Shown in pieces: positions 14,435 through 28,149 of a DNA stretch of 64,000 nucleotides. Position 1 is the first letter of the stretch, and each line of letters begins with the position of its first letter. Both the position numbers and the translations under genes were made by a program. The stretch spans positions 598,840-662,839 of the forward strand of contig NW_027192202.1 in assembly GCF_041956535.1 (NCBI RefSeq), written 5' to 3'. Under the pieces are notes generated by a model, which ran no database searches, was not told where the DNA came from, and saw only the letters and a list, made by a program, of their open reading frames with translations. This stretch comes from Calcarisporiella thermophila CBS 279.70. Taxonomy: Eukaryota; Fungi; Calcarisporiellomycota.

Positions 14435-15193
14435 AACTTGAATTCTTGCTCTCTATTTTATAGAATTTTTTCAATTGAATATCTAATTGAGTAATTGAAG
14501 AGTCACTGTAAATACAATTTTAAGATAAATTTCAAGTTCTTTTTATTACGTCATTATTCACCGAGTATAATTTCGATATTTTAATTTTTGCCGCATCTTA
14601 ACCATACAACTACAACCTTTAAATCGTATACGGATTACTCCTAATAAGATATTGTTCAAGCAATGAGATTTTGAAGGCTGAATTTTGAAGAGCTTTAAAT
14701 AATATAGAATATTTAACACTGCATAAAACGTTTTTTTTTAAATTGAATGTATAAGTTATTGATATGACAAAATATCGATTTTATTTTAAAAGAAAATGAA
14801 GTATCGAATCAAAAAGAAAAATTGTAACAACTTATCCTATAATGTTTCATAAAATATCTATAGAATTTCTAGATCTACTCTCCATAATTGAATAATAGCT
14901 AAATTATCGTTACATTTGCTTTAGGGTAAATCTATCAACGACATTCAGAACTACTAGATAATGAGAAACCGTGCATTGGAGCCACTAAACCACACAAAAC
15001 GTATGAAAGGGAGTTTTAAAGTTAGCAATATGATCACGATTTTAAATCGCTAGCAGCGTCATATATCTAAAAAAATAATGTCATATGCGGGTTATATTCG
15101 GATCATCATTTACTTGATTCATCTTTATAATTAAGCCACAGACCCCTTTTTAAATTCCTTCAAATATCGAAAAAAAAAAAATCGAAGTAGCTA

Positions 15194-16759
15194 ATGGTCA
15201 ATTCAAATATGCACAGAGATGTGTTTCGTATCACGTGTATAGCATTATTGACACGCATAACTAGTTATTTGTTAGCAATCATATCTAATTTCTGGATAGA
15301 GGATTACGATTCTTCGGCAAAATTAGCATTTCCTCCTACAGAAAAGTCATTCGATACACTTGCACAACGACTACTTAATATATTTCTTCGATGGGATGCA
15401 TTTTATTTCTTAAATCTAGCAGAAAATGGTTATGTATATGAACAGCAACATGCCTTCTTTCCAATGTTACCTTTAGTTGCGAGGTTATTAGCGAAATCAG
15501 GTTATTATAATTTGCTCTAATTTACTTTTACCTACGCTTACTATATTTTGTTGTGTATACGTTATTAGTACTATTTCCATTAGGAACTTTAGTACATGAG
15601 AAATATGTGATATTCCTTGCAGGTATATTAGTGACAAATCTATCGTTTATTTTAGCGGCTATTTGTCTCTACATGTTAGTATTGTTACGAACCTAAATTA
15701 CAGTATATCAATACTCACTTTTAGTTATATTCGAACGATTTCTTGTTTTTAGTTTGACATATGAGGTATTCGCAGATCGAAGAATCGCTTTCGCTTCCGC
15801 ACTCTCATTTTGCGTCACTCCTTCGTGTGTATTTATGTCTTCCATGTACTCCGAGTCGCTCTTTGCCCTTTTAAGTTTTGCAGGCATGATTTCGTTTACT
15901 AAGAAATATTATATTTACGCGTCAGTCGCATGGGGAATTGCTTCGGCGACAAGGTCCAATGGAATACTTTATGTTGGATTTTTTATATATGAATTTATAA
16001 TAAGGTCGTTGCTTGCAAAGGAACCGTTTAGAGTAAGTTGATTATTAGCACTCTAGTTATTTAACAGAAAAATAATGCAAATGTTATAGAAACTATTGGT
16101 TGGTTCAGCTCTATCTACCCTTCTTTCTATGGTCGTCGTGTCTGGCTTCGTCCTGGTACAATGGCAGGGATATACACTATATTGTTTAAAAGAGAAGCTA
16201 CGCCCATGGTGCGATAATCGTCCGCCTTTGATATACTCTTTCGTCCAGCGATTCTATTGGTAATAATAATACTAAAATGTACTTTGGTTATTGATCTAAG
16301 CCAACCGACATGTTTAGGGATGTTGGATTCCTCCGGTATTATGAGGTTAAACAAATTCCCAATTTTCTTATCGCTCTACCAGTTCTTGCCCTCTCTCTCT
16401 GTGGCATAGTGTCTTATGTTCGTTATGATTGGGTTCGAGTTATTACACTTGGAAGAGCAGCTTCTCAAATACGATCTCAAAATCAGAGAAATAATAAGCA
16501 GATTGTCTTTCACCAAACTGACTCCATCTTACCCTATATTATTTTGTGGGCATTCTTGGTCATTTGGGTAATGACATCTGTGCATGTGCAAATTATCGTA
16601 AGACTCTTCTCTGCTCTCCCCTGTTTATATTGGTATGCAGGTCACTTAATGTTAAGGAAAAGTGAAGGTTTGTCTTTGTCAAATCTAGTATTATATTATT
16701 TTGTGCTATATGGGATGGTAGGAGTCGTACTTTTTGCTAGCTTTTTCCCTCCAGCTTAA
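15194..16759 (+). CDS. GPI18: GPI mannosyltransferase II (PIG-V)
   Basis: [51 protein letters not shown]; C-terminal FFPPA. Confidence 0.93.
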
Positions 16760-16934
16760 GTTGAATATTTTTTTAATCCATTGTTCAGCATTTTTTTTTC
16801 TCTTTAATTTGAGCTCTCTATTTGATATAGAACTTATCTTCCTATAATATATATTAGTTTTATTTACTTTACGTGACATTTATTGCTATTATATCCAAAA
16901 TATAAAATCAAAAAGAAGTGAAATAATGCTAGCA

Positions 16935-17796
16935 TCAGTCATCATAATCGTCATCCTCATCCCTCATGCGTTTACTTGGGCCATTCGATGAGGGTAAAAT
17001 AGAGGGTAAAAAGTCCGGTGAAGAAGTAGGCATATTATGCGGGTTTTGTTGGGTATTGGGGGTTGCGTTAGAAAATTGTGAAGGTGCGGCAGTATTATCG
17101 TTAATAGAGGAAGTGGAGAGAGATAGAGGCGCATTAGAGCTATTGGGGATGATAGGCTTTGGGGGCGGAGGTGCCTGTAAAAAGGAACAATTGATATGAA
17201 AACAGTGAAATCAATTTTTCACAAATGCGTGTTTACTTCGGGTACTAAGTTATAATTTATTGCAGTGAGGCAGTGTCGTTCCGGTGGTAATCTAATACCA
17301 TAACGCTCTGGAATAAGTGGAAGAGGTGTCCTGTTTTTCTCCTCGGCGAGTTCAAGCAAAAACTATTAAATAACAAGGTTTTTTAATAAAAATGAGAAAC
17401 GCTTTTGTGAAATTATGGTAACATATACTTCTTTTGGAGGAGGGGTGGTAAATGAATGGTTCACACGACCTTGTACTGCTAATCTTACATCATCCACATC
17501 TAGTTTCGATTTTTCTGCATGTTCACTATAGGCCAAAGCATCTTGAAGTACATCCACAGAATATCCTAATAATAATATAGCTATATAAACTGGCGTGTAA
17601 TAACATTCTGCAATACCAAGAACTCACTGTGTGCAAAATCTAGAAGTAAATGCACAACTTTAGGATCAATATCTTCAACGCCTTGTGCCTGAAGTATTAA
17701 GGAGATAAGCTTTGCATCTCGCGGAAAACTTGTGCTTGGATCAGATCTTTGCGATTGCTGTGAGGATAGGGGATCGTTATTGGTTAATTGACTCAT
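16935..17796 (-). CDS. TAF9: TFIID/SAGA subunit TAF9
   Basis: [68 protein letters not shown]; ends DEDDDYDD*. Confidence 0.93.
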
Positions 17797-18227
17797 TCTA
17801 ATTTGGATCTTCAAAAAAGATAGTAAAGAGTCGAAAGACTGCGTCACAGTACTAAATTGGATTCCAAATTATCCGCATCTAGTAATTCACTACCTATAGC
17901 CATACTTGAATGTGCTAAATGAAAATTTGGGGTATATCCCCATAGTATATTTCAAGAAGCTATTACAAATTTAATTAATTGTATTGTATAGCAGAAAAGG
18001 TTGCTTTTATTTAAGACGCTACAAGAGCAAAAACCCTATACCAGCATGTCATACTCTCAAATTAATACAATCGGTACTTTTTGATTTACAAAATAAATAA
18101 TAAATATATACTATTCATAGCATACAAAAACCCAATTTTTAAAGAAAAATAAGATAAATATTTAAAATATTGCCGTATGAGCAATATGAAATATTATAGC
18201 TTAGCACTTAAAAGCAGTAATAGAGTT

Positions 18228-19756
18228 TTATGTCCCATCCCCAACCCAACCGAAACTTGCTTTGCCAAACCCACCAGCCCTACTCCTTTTCTTCTCATCG
18301 TGCGGCGCTTCACCCTCGAATGCTTCTGCTATATTTTCGTGATCTTCAATATTATTACCTCCAATGACATTACTCTTCTCACCTGTTGAAGAAGGCAGGG
18401 AATCTTTGGTTGACTTTGTCATAAATCTTTGGTAGAAGAGAATGTGATAAAGCTCGAAAAAATGAAGCGCCAGTCGATTGTTTGAGATCAGAATCATCTC
18501 TGCATCAATCATATGACCTTTTTCATAGCCAATATATGCGACCTGACCTTGGGCTTTAAAAGCGGGCTTACCAGCGAATTCACGCTCATGACAGATACGA
18601 ACGGGAGAAGACATATCGACTTTGATCGATATTTCGCCACGAGGAACATTCATATCACCAGTAAGTTTGTAGGCATATAAAGTTCCTTTGATCGTGGATA
18701 AAAGGAGAAACTCTACTCCATTAGGCGCATAATCACCAGCCCTAAATATACATAGATGAAAATAAATTAGGGCCAAGCTCTAAAGATTACAATTTTGAAA
18801 TTGATTTACCATAGTCCATCCAATGGTCTGTCCATAGTGGGCCTAAGCTTCCAACTTGGCAGTTTTGCAAAAAGCTGCACTGGATTTGACTGCCGAGTCT
18901 TTGCTTTATGTACACATCCGAGCCCAAAACATGGAGTATCAGTCTCTTTCTCCTTATCTCTATCTTCATAATCGAAGTCTTCTTTTTTCACAGAACCACC
19001 TGGTTTGTTCCCAAAATATCTGTACAATTCCTCCTGGGGCTCCTCGAACTCTGGTGGGAAAAGCCCTTGGCTCTCTAAGCTCCACAAGCCTGTGCGTGGG
19101 TGTGGCTTGAATTTGCCTCGATAAAAAACTACGCCGTGAGAGGGTATCGTTAAACTAGACTCATCCTGGCACCTGGTGGTAACTCTCAGAAGTGGTGCTT
19201 CAGCATCTCTAGGGCGCTTTGCATCCAGTCGCAAAGCAAATAATCTTTGTTCATCGTAGACTGGCTCAAACTGTGATATATTTATGCGCTCGTCTAACGA
19301 ATAAGATGAGAGCTTGTTGGGCGTCCGGTTGCGACAGTGTATTTTATACCCGCCAATTCGTCCCTTTCGTGGTTCCCAGCGTACCACAAGGAGTGAGCCA
19401 AAAAATGCTGCGTCTCCAACCCATGTTCCTACAAGCCATGCGTATCGATGAACAACATTCGTATATAACTCGCGGAAGTTTTTAACAGGCCATTTTCCAA
19501 TTTCCCTGCAGCCTGCTTCAATACAGAATCGCTGCCATAGAGAGTCAGTGTGTTGAATGATGGAATGCAAATGATGACAAGTGCAGCTAAGTATTGATAT
19601 AGAGGTCGGGGGAAGTAGTGAGATGAGATGGAGGAGGACTTCCATAGGCATATCAATTAGGTTTGGATATGCTTGGTGTGTTGGTTGTGTTGAGGGAGGA
19701 ACATGAATGGGTATTGATTTTATAGCCTCGATTTGAGAAGCGGAGAATTCGGCCAT
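18228..19756 (-). CDS. F-box protein with FBXO31-like (cyclin D1-binding-type) C-terminal domain
   Basis: F-box LIDMPMEVLLHLISLLP...LSCTC...LWQRFC; GLW-AGDYAPNGVEFLLL and AYKLTGDMNVPRGE motifs; one intron. Confidence 0.75.
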
Positions 19757-20427
19757 AGGTGTGATAAGAAATTTTAAATGGAAGCGAAAAAAAAAAATGC
19801 AAAAAACGAAAAGGCGTGAATATTGCTCTATCCCTGTTTAAAGAAAGCTGTTAAAGGAAAATTAAAGGGAAAGAAACTACGAATTCTACAACAAAGTTGT
19901 TCAACAAATATCTAATATAGTTCTGTACAATGGAAAGCCAGAACAATAAAAGAAACTAATTTATACAAGCAAGATCAATTACTTAAAGTGTAAAGACGGG
20001 TTACCTCTGAGAAAAAAGTCTATCAATTCCTTTTGTGATGACGTTTTCCAATGATTTTCAAGATCTGTATTGTAGGAATTACTACGTGAATTGGAAACGT
20101 AAATTTTTTAGCAACTGATGCTTCCTTAAAAAATTCTTTACAGGGGTTATATATAGATGCTCAATTACCCGTATGGATGCGGTTACATATGTATATATGA
20201 TGTCTCTAATTATCAATATATCGACCTAGTCTTTTGAACAAATAAAATATTTCGAATTGCTTAAAGGTAATAAACAGATATTTTTCGGGTTTTTATATGA
20301 ATTTCCTCGGTTGAAAATCCGCGGTAAAGCGATCCATATGAAAAAAATCAAATAGTATATAAAAATTAACTGATAGTTTTCTTTTTAGATTCTAAGCATT
20401 GTTGGCAAGAACAACCCAGAAAATAGC

Positions 20428-21114
20428 ATGGATCCAGTTACACCCTACTCGGCAGACATTTGCCAGTATATGAATTCAACACATTCTGATGCGCTAACAT
20501 ATCTGGCCGCATATCATGGAGATGTGGACTCCACCTCAATTAAGTTGGAATCGGTAGATTCCCGCGGATTCGTACTTAAATTGTGGATTCCTGGAGCAGC
20601 TGTAAAAAGAATCAAAATTGAATTCAAGAAACCTGTAACGGACCAAAATCAAGTAAATATTATTCCATGTGCTTGCAATCCTTTTGTTTTTTATTCCATG
20701 TATGAATTGGTACAATAGGCAACTATCATGCTTCAACAAATGGCTCAAGATTCTCGTAATGCTATTGGGCACTCTTCCACCTGGTTCGAGATGCCCAAGG
20801 CAATTCCTTCACTCTTAATTTCTGCCTCAATAGGACTTTTGATATATTCCGGCTATGTTGCAAACAAAGTTCCATCTTTTCTCGTTGCTTTGCTCGGCGA
20901 TCGCGCAACTGTAGAGACCATGCGTAGGGTGGTTAAATTGGTTGCCACAATTCATCTGTTGGAATCTATTGCTGTATTTATTGTGTGTATGCGACGAAGA
21001 TACACTTGGCTGACAACGTTTAAATGGGTTCTATTTAGCTTCATTGTTGGGGCTCCGTGCTCATTAACTGTATTTAAAGGCCCTTCAAGGGCACTGAAAA
21101 CTAAGAAGCAGTGA
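20428..21114 (+). CDS. DUF2470 domain + TMEM254-like membrane protein, 2 exons
   Basis: ICQYMNSTHSDAL...LESVDSRGFVL...IEFKKP (DUF2470-like); C-terminal TM region IHLLES...FKWVLFSFIVG. Confidence 0.7.
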
Positions 21115-21907
21115 ATGGAAATAGTTTGTTGTACATGGATGTATATTTCAATTTGAATACCGATTTCACACCCAAAATTGGATAACTACAGTAGTTGTTA
21201 GGGGTTCGAAGAGAACATTTCCTCTTCCAAAGACTATATTCACTATTATTATGTGTAAGCCATCTTCGGCCATATTTTTGAATTTATGCTAGGCCTATTT
21301 TTGGCTGCATTCAGAGGCTTAAAACTAGCCTCGAGATTCATAGTCGAAGTTTCAGCCCGTCGGCCGAATCAAAGGCCAAACCAAGATGGTCTTGCGGCTA
21401 TTTTCTGTCATTGCAGGTTTAAGATGGGCGAAAACCAGAGCGAATAAGTGGCAGGATTCAAATGGGGGGTTTTAAGTGATGCTGTTGTTCCACCACCCCC
21501 TCTCCTCCAATTATGTCTTAAATTTGCAGCCCCATCTTTATAAAGGATCTCACCTCTTCTCCCTCCCGCAACAGATTGTCAAACTACTATTTCCTACTTC
21601 TTGTTCCTCATTCCAACGCTTTTCTTCCCCATATTCCTCTTCTTATTCTTCCTTTCACTTTCCCCCCTTTTCTTTGCCGTTCGCTTTCTTTGTTTTATTC
21701 CTCTTTCTTCATTTTTGTATCATTATTTATTTCGTTATACAAACCTTTTGTTCAAAATTTATATACTTTGGATTGACTTTTCGGTATCTTTTGGATTTAT
21801 TGTCTTTTGTATTTGTAAAAAGGATATCCTAGTGTTTTTTTTTGGCTGAAATTAGGAAACTAGCTCCTCTCATTTAATTCCTCCTTTAGTTATTTCTTTT
21901 CATCATA

Positions 21908-22972
21908 ATGAGTCAGATGTCTTCGGTTATGATCTCCACTTTACCAGCCCAATCTCACCCGCCTAACCAGCTCCTTAAGCAAATGGTTCACGCTCAGCCT
22001 CTTCGCCAAAATCAACTTGCTGAGAAGCATATGGGCAGCCAAAGAAAAGGTAGCAAGCACAATCGGAACAGCAATCCTCCAGAGAATGTTCTCTCCACAT
22101 CTCCACATCAACATCGGCAAAAGTTCCCTTCTCCTCCGCCTAATCGCAATCAACACGCCAATGATCGACATTTCCAACAGCAACTTAAACCAACTCGCAG
22201 ATCCCAACCTTCTGGAAAGAATATCCCGCGACTTCAGCGCAGACGAGAATTGAAAGCTCTTGCTGCCGAGGCTGAAGCATTGGGCGACCCTGAACAACAA
22301 CACGCAGATATGATGTTTGGTGCTGGAAGTCCTCCACGTCGTGCTCCTTTGTTTGATCTTATTTATTCGGATTCTCACGCTACCCTTTCACCTCCCTCGT
22401 CTACTGAAGTCTCTCCGCGTGGGTATCCTCGGAATGTCCAACCAAACCAGAGAAGAGCGAGCGTGACCAAGAATGAAATTGCACCTGCCTTTCCTTCTCC
22501 GAATACAACACCCCAACGTACTCCTTCCCAACCGACTTCTCAGTTATATGCAGGACCAACCTTCCATAATTCGCCCGCACCTTCTGCACTTCCTGTTCCC
22601 ACATTCAATGGCCGATCGCCCACTTTGGATGCTCTTTCAACTCCAGATATATCTCCTCTTAAGAAGCATCATGTTACAAAAGGAGATGATGATACCCTGT
22701 TTCACCTCGATGAGCAAGAATACAACAGTAATCCCGATGATGTTGACTTTGTTCACGCCGATAATCGAGATGAAATGCTACGCGCTAAATCTCGTCAATT
22801 GATGAACTTGCTGGTTGCTGCAGGTTCGAACTCTACCTGCACTCCTGCGAGGAACGTGCCAGTGCGAATGGTAACCGCTCACGATATACGTCTTTCACCT
22901 CAGCCTGATGAGTATCGACTTATTGAAATGAGCTCCATGTTAATGAATATGCTAAAAATCGAAAGCAATTAG
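21908..22972 (+). CDS. Disordered protein with PNRC/Edc1-2-type decapping-activator motif
   Basis: Single-exon 354 aa Pro/Ser/Gln-rich ORF with LYAGPTFHNSPAPSALPVP and a terminal LMNMLKI helix. Confidence 0.75.
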   Translation: MSQMSSVMISTLPAQSHPPNQLLKQMVHAQPLRQNQLAEKHMGSQRKGSKHNRNSNPPENVLSTSPHQHRQKFPSPPPNRNQHANDRHFQQQLKPTRRSQPSGKNIPRLQRRRELKALAAEAEALGDPEQQHADMMFGAGSPPRRAPLFDLIYSDSHATLSPPSSTEVSPRGYPRNVQPNQRRASVTKNEIAPAFPSPNTTPQRTPSQPTSQLYAGPTFHNSPAPSALPVPTFNGRSPTLDALSTPDISPLKKHHVTKGDDDTLFHLDEQEYNSNPDDVDFVHADNRDEMLRAKSRQLMNLLVAAGSNSTCTPARNVPVRMVTAHDIRLSPQPDEYRLIEMSSMLMNMLKIESN

Positions 22973-23340
22973 AGTGAAGACCTTTTTTTTTCAATGTATC
23001 TTGCCACTTATTCACCTCCCACACCTTAACTCTTGTATTTTATTTTCTGCTGTTTCGGCAGAATTTTTCCAATCATTTATTCCCTCTTTATTAATGTACA
23101 ATCATCTTCACTTATTCTCTTCCATTTTATCCTGAGAATACTCTGCCATTACTTTCATTTTTCTCCAAACCTTCATTTTCTCGTATTTAATATATAAATA
23201 CGCTCATTATGCTTTCTGCCCGTGCCCTATATTCTTTATTGTAACTTTAAATTCACAACGCCGATGAACTACATTAACAGAAATTCGGACCAAACAGCTC
23301 TTTACTATTATCACCTTTTAGTTTTTGGCAAATTCTTTAA

Positions 23341-24371
23341 CTACATTTTGCAAAATTCAATAGCATATTTTATAACTATTTCAGCTAGCATATCCTGGTC
23401 CTTTGGCTGAGTTATGCAATGATCTCCATCTATTACCAGAGTTTCCCTTACTAACTCTGAACCACATGCCTCTCTGATTCTATTTAGTACGACTTGTTTG
23501 TCTACATAGCTGGGCACACATTCGTCATCTCTAGAATGGAGCAATATCATGGGGTATTGCAAATTCTTGAAAAGCTCTCTCATCTGCACCAACGAAAGAT
23601 CGGATGAAAAAAAGTCATCTGCTCCTCTATCACGCAAACACTTCTAAATCCACATTATATAGCTCACTCTAAGAAGATTAGTTACCCAATTCCATACAAG
23701 GAGTAATATCGTTCCGCGGTTATTGGGGTATTATCAACAATACGTGGCATTAGCTCACTACCTTTGTCTTCGGCAATCATGCTCTTCGCTTGCTCAACCC
23801 ACTCAGGAAGCTGTTCTGAATTTGAAAGAAAATATTCTCTATCTGATACTGGCCCTTGGAGAACAAGACCTTTGAGGATAGAAGAATTGACCCGTTTCGA
23901 TAAGACAATACAATCTTGACAACCTATGTACATTCAGTATCGTCTTAATATATTATTTTTAGGATCGTTTAGGAACCTTAAGAAAATTTACCAGTTGAAT
24001 GGCCTAAAATAATTACATTCTGTTTTCCTTTCTTCTCCAAGAAATTAAGTGCTTCGCTTATTTCTTCCACATCTTTTTCAAGTGAAGAAATTCCGTACCC
24101 CAAATAGGAACTTGATAACAGCAACTGAACAAGGGAAAAATTAACCTGTTTAAGATGCTTGTAAAGTGTAGGAAGATATGGGACAGCGTTGAAGCCATCT
24201 CCCAATCCTATAATTTTATAGAAAGCATAGTTGGTGAATTTAGGTTTTAGAAAAATATAGGGCTAACATACCTCCGATAAATAGCAGTACATTAGCCGAA
24301 GGCGGAGATGTTTCAAAAAGCGTAAGTCGCTTTTCGGGTAAGTATGTCGAGATTTTTCCTTCGAATTCCAT
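23341..24371 (-). CDS. DUF1749/UPF0613 alpha/beta hydrolase (SidJ-like esterase family)
   Basis: LLFIG-GLGDG..VPY, SSSYLGYGISSL..DVEEI, nucleophile motif GHSTGCQD, QGPVSDRE, DDFFSSDL, DECVP. Confidence 0.85.
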
Positions 24372-24783
24372 TAAAATAATATAGCTTAAACTTGCCTTTA
24401 CGAATACCTTGTTATTCCCTGCGCCACCATTAAAAATTACAATTATTCGGCCTAGAATCAGATATATATGGTTTATGTCACATTAAATATTCTTTCGAAT
24501 AAAGAAGATAGATAGCACAGAGCGAAAAGATCATCGGACTATACAAGAGAACAACCTTGGTTAATATGATTTTAATATATTCTAATCTATTTTCTCGCCA
24601 TAATATCATTTGCCACTATTGACCAAGTTGGTGTGGCTTTTATTTGATGGAAATGTCGAGAAAATCTTTGCCAATTTATTTTCCGCAAAACAACACTAAT
24701 AAGTTGTTTCGATTTTGTTCGATTCAACCCATTTTTAAGCGCTGATACTTCACCCTGCTGCTTTGCATTAGATTCTACTCAAG

Positions 24784-26042
24784 ATGACAATGACGAACTG
24801 GAAGAACGTGAACAACTGGTTGAGTATACTCTTGGGATAATATTAAGTAAATTATAATGACTAACGATTGTTCTTATTTTATTCAATATTTTCACTTTGC
24901 CCATATGTTTTGTTCTTTTCGAAAAGGCACTGGTAAGTTAGCTATCCGTTAACTAAGATTCAGGTATGATTTTAGATTGAAATATTTGGATGAGATAGGA
25001 CTGGTAAAAACTGCATCACATGGGCAAAAGATTATATCAATCGTCAGCTCGTAGGTCTTGAGGCAGCGACGCCCGATGGTCATGTTATTCGCACTAATCG
25101 AGTGGATGTTGATGGGGATGTGGATCTTAATCAGCGCAAAGGGAAACTTATAACTATCTATGATGTTGCAATTACAATTTCTTGGGCCGGCGAAAATGTG
25201 AATGGAAAGATTAAACTTCCCGAGTTTATGCATGACACCGAGATGGATGAACTAGAGGTACGCTCGCTAAATAGTCGATATTGCTTGTAGCAACACCCTG
25301 ATATAAATATTTTATATCTAGGTTGAAGTTACTTGTGAAGACGAGACAGCAGCCAAAGAGCCGTTTAAAGAATTAGCACGCACCCAGCTTCTTGACCAGA
25401 TTAAGCAAAGACTCGGCGGCTTTGCACAGGCTCTCGTCGAAGAAAACACTAAAGACGTTATGATTGATCCTAGTGAGTTCCAAAAAAAAGCTGTCACGAC
25501 CTCTAACAAGGATGGAGGCGGTGTAAACAAAAACACGGAGGAGAAAAAGGAGGTACCCCGTGGTAAAATAATCAATACGACCACTTATACGGAAGATTTG
25601 GATTTCCAAACATCTGCTCATGAAATGTATGAGACGTTGCTGGATGAACACCGAGTGCGTGCATGGTCGCGTGGGAACGCTAAAGTTGAGCGCAAAGTTG
25701 GAGGTGAGATCCGCCTCTTTGATGGCAATGTGACAGGAGAGATTCTCGAATTGGTAGGCAAGCTTTGCTGAACATACTTCCGGAAGGGATTTTAATCTAT
25801 TTCGTATACGTCATTAACAGGTTCCCGACAAGAAAATTATCCAGAAATGGCGCATGAGCACTTGGCCTGCCGACCATTTCTCTACTGTATATATAACCTT
25901 TGATCAAGCAAGCGATCACCTCACTCTTCACGTCCGGCAGGAAGGTGTGCCTGTTGGAGAGGATGATGTTCTGCGACGAAATTGGCACGGCTATTATTGG
26001 AATTCAATCAAGGGAACGTTTGGATTTGGAGCGGTTTTCTAA
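24784..26042 (+). CDS. AHA1: Hsp90 co-chaperone Aha1
   Basis: NVNNWHW motif rebuilt via a 6-nt microexon; GDVDLNQRKGKLITIYD; C-domain FDGNVTG, WRMSTWP, NWHGYYWNSIK.FGFG. Confidence 0.93.
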
Positions 26043-26784
26043 TATCTTTTGGAACGCTTTTATCTTATTTAGAAATGTAATAAAGAGTTGACCTAGAATG
26101 GCTAATAAATTTGTTTCATCACGAATCTGTGATTTAGGGGCGGTGGCGGCGGCGGTAGTGGAAGATATTTAAATTGCTGTTCATCTGATCTCGCTACACA
26201 AGTTAAAAATGATTCTGAATACCTGGATCCACCACTGAACTAAAAAATATTTTACTATCTTGAACGTTATTGAAAATAGTATCGAACGGATGACTTAAAA
26301 GTGTAGTCAATATATCCCATTGTCAAATAAAATGCACTAATCTAATAGATTCTAGTTCGAGAAACAATTTCTAACATATAAGCCAACGCCATTGCCAATC
26401 CTCGAAATTAATTTTTTCTGTTTTTAGTTCAAAGTTTATACCAGCTTTAACTCCAGTTATTTTATGCTATGAGTTCTGAAACAGCATCACTTCCGCTTTA
26501 TTCACTATTGAATCTGGTTGAGGCTCATCACCCATTTGTCTCGGGTCCATTCTTTCGTCTTTCCCCTTCTCCTATTCCTCTCCATTCATCTATAGTATCG
26601 TCTCCACTCTCTTTATCTCTTAATGATTTAATTACTTATTCTTCCATGGGAGAATTCATTTCCTTTCCTTAAATCATACCTCGAATTCTTGAATTTGCCT
26701 CCGTCAGATTATAATACCATTCTCAATTCTGCACTCATATAATTTCCTGTAAGAGTTTAAGACAACTACCACTTGAAATCATCT

Positions 26785-28077
26785 ATGCCTGTCACTTCCA
26801 ATTCCGTGTTTGCTCGCAGTGAGGTTCTGTATAGTGCGCAGGCTCGCATTATTAGGGAGAAACGACACCGGGTTCGTTGCAGCAACAGACATAGATTTCA
26901 TTCCCATCACAATCGTCGCCATGATATAAGAAGCAAGTGCAAGCATAGGGGAAAGCACAAGCATCGCAAACATCACAAGGCGAAGAATGGAGGAAAGCAT
27001 AAAGAACATACGCATAAAGGCAAACAAAACGAGGAAAGCTTCAAAATCGAAAAAGATGATGGTGATGCCAGGAGTTTTGGTGGCAAAGCCGACGGGTCTA
27101 CCTACGAACAAGAGCTTCCAACTTCGGGCGTTCCAGGCTCTTTGGGGCAAACCAATGAATCTGCTGGTATTTCATCGTCGTCTACTACATCTATGTCCGA
27201 TATTGTTGACAATCCGCCGTCGACTCAACCTTCGACTGACCTTAGAAGATTGCCCGTCATAACCCCAACTACTTCAAATAGTGGAGATGCCAACAATAAT
27301 ATCGGACAAGTGGGACAGTATGCCGTTCCTACGACAAAAATCGATTTCCCAGCGCAATCCCGTGATGCCATCCCTGGCCTTCTCACATCAAATGCTAATT
27401 CGCAACTAGCAGCATCTGACACTGGAATGAACGCTGGAAAAGTCGCCGGAGTTTCTATTGCATGTGTTGCTGGTGTCGCCCTTCTAGCTGGTCTATTTTT
27501 ATGGCGGCGAACTAAGAATACAGTTCGTCGACTACAGCCGACAGACATTGGGCGGCCAGTTCCAATGGGAAACTCGGGTGATGCAAGTGCAATCATACAC
27601 GCGTATGCTCCAGAACAGTACCAACAATTACCGAATAGTCCATATGCTCGTGCGCCATCATTCATGTACACCCCGCCTGTTGACATCTTCCAACACAAGC
27701 CGTACAAGTTAGAATTAAATCTTCCATCAAACAGTCCCCTCATAGCAGCTACCTCCTCCTCCACCGTTGGGAATTTACTCTTGGCAAATGATAGAATAGA
27801 TACAGGCCCATCTACTGGCGCATCTACTCAACATTCTGGGAAACTCCGTTTCAAGGAACCAACAGTCGATCGCCCTATTTCTGATGGAAGTGAAATGCGC
27901 GTCAGCACATGTACCAGTGTCTCAGACCCTTATAGAATATCTTCGAACCTTGATGGGCCAGTTGTAAGCGTTACAGCTCCTGACGGGAGCGTGAGTAGGC
28001 CATTAACGGAGCGATTCGAGGGCGAGGAAGATGTAGTGGTCGTGTTCCCCGTGCCACCACATGGGTATAATAAATAA
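26785..28077 (+). CDS. Single-pass membrane protein with His/Lys-rich N-terminus, Ser/Thr-rich linker and TM helix (Mid2/Wsc-like topology); start codon uncertain
   Basis: Long ORF with TM GKVAGVSIACVAGVALLAGLFLW followed by RRTK; no clear signal peptide. Confidence 0.6.
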   Translation: MPVTSNSVFARSEVLYSAQARIIREKRHRVRCSNRHRFHSHHNRRHDIRSKCKHRGKHKHRKHHKAKNGGKHKEHTHKGKQNEESFKIEKDDGDARSFGGKADGSTYEQELPTSGVPGSLGQTNESAGISSSSTTSMSDIVDNPPSTQPSTDLRRLPVITPTTSNSGDANNNIGQVGQYAVPTTKIDFPAQSRDAIPGLLTSNANSQLAASDTGMNAGKVAGVSIACVAGVALLAGLFLWRRTKNTVRRLQPTDIGRPVPMGNSGDASAIIHAYAPEQYQQLPNSPYARAPSFMYTPPVDIFQHKPYKLELNLPSNSPLIAATSSSTVGNLLLANDRIDTGPSTGASTQHSGKLRFKEPTVDRPISDGSEMRVSTCTSVSDPYRISSNLDGPVVSVTAPDGSVSRPLTERFEGEEDVVVVFPVPPHGYNK

Positions 28078-28149
28078 CTCATAATAATTGAATGATTTTC
28101 AATATTTTTATATTGGAAATTAGAGCATATTAATCTTTATTAAATCTTA

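Noticed and set aside
21476-21849. Three overlapping Phe/Leu/Ser-rich ORFs
   Set aside because: Pyrimidine-rich 5' leader of the PNRC-motif gene
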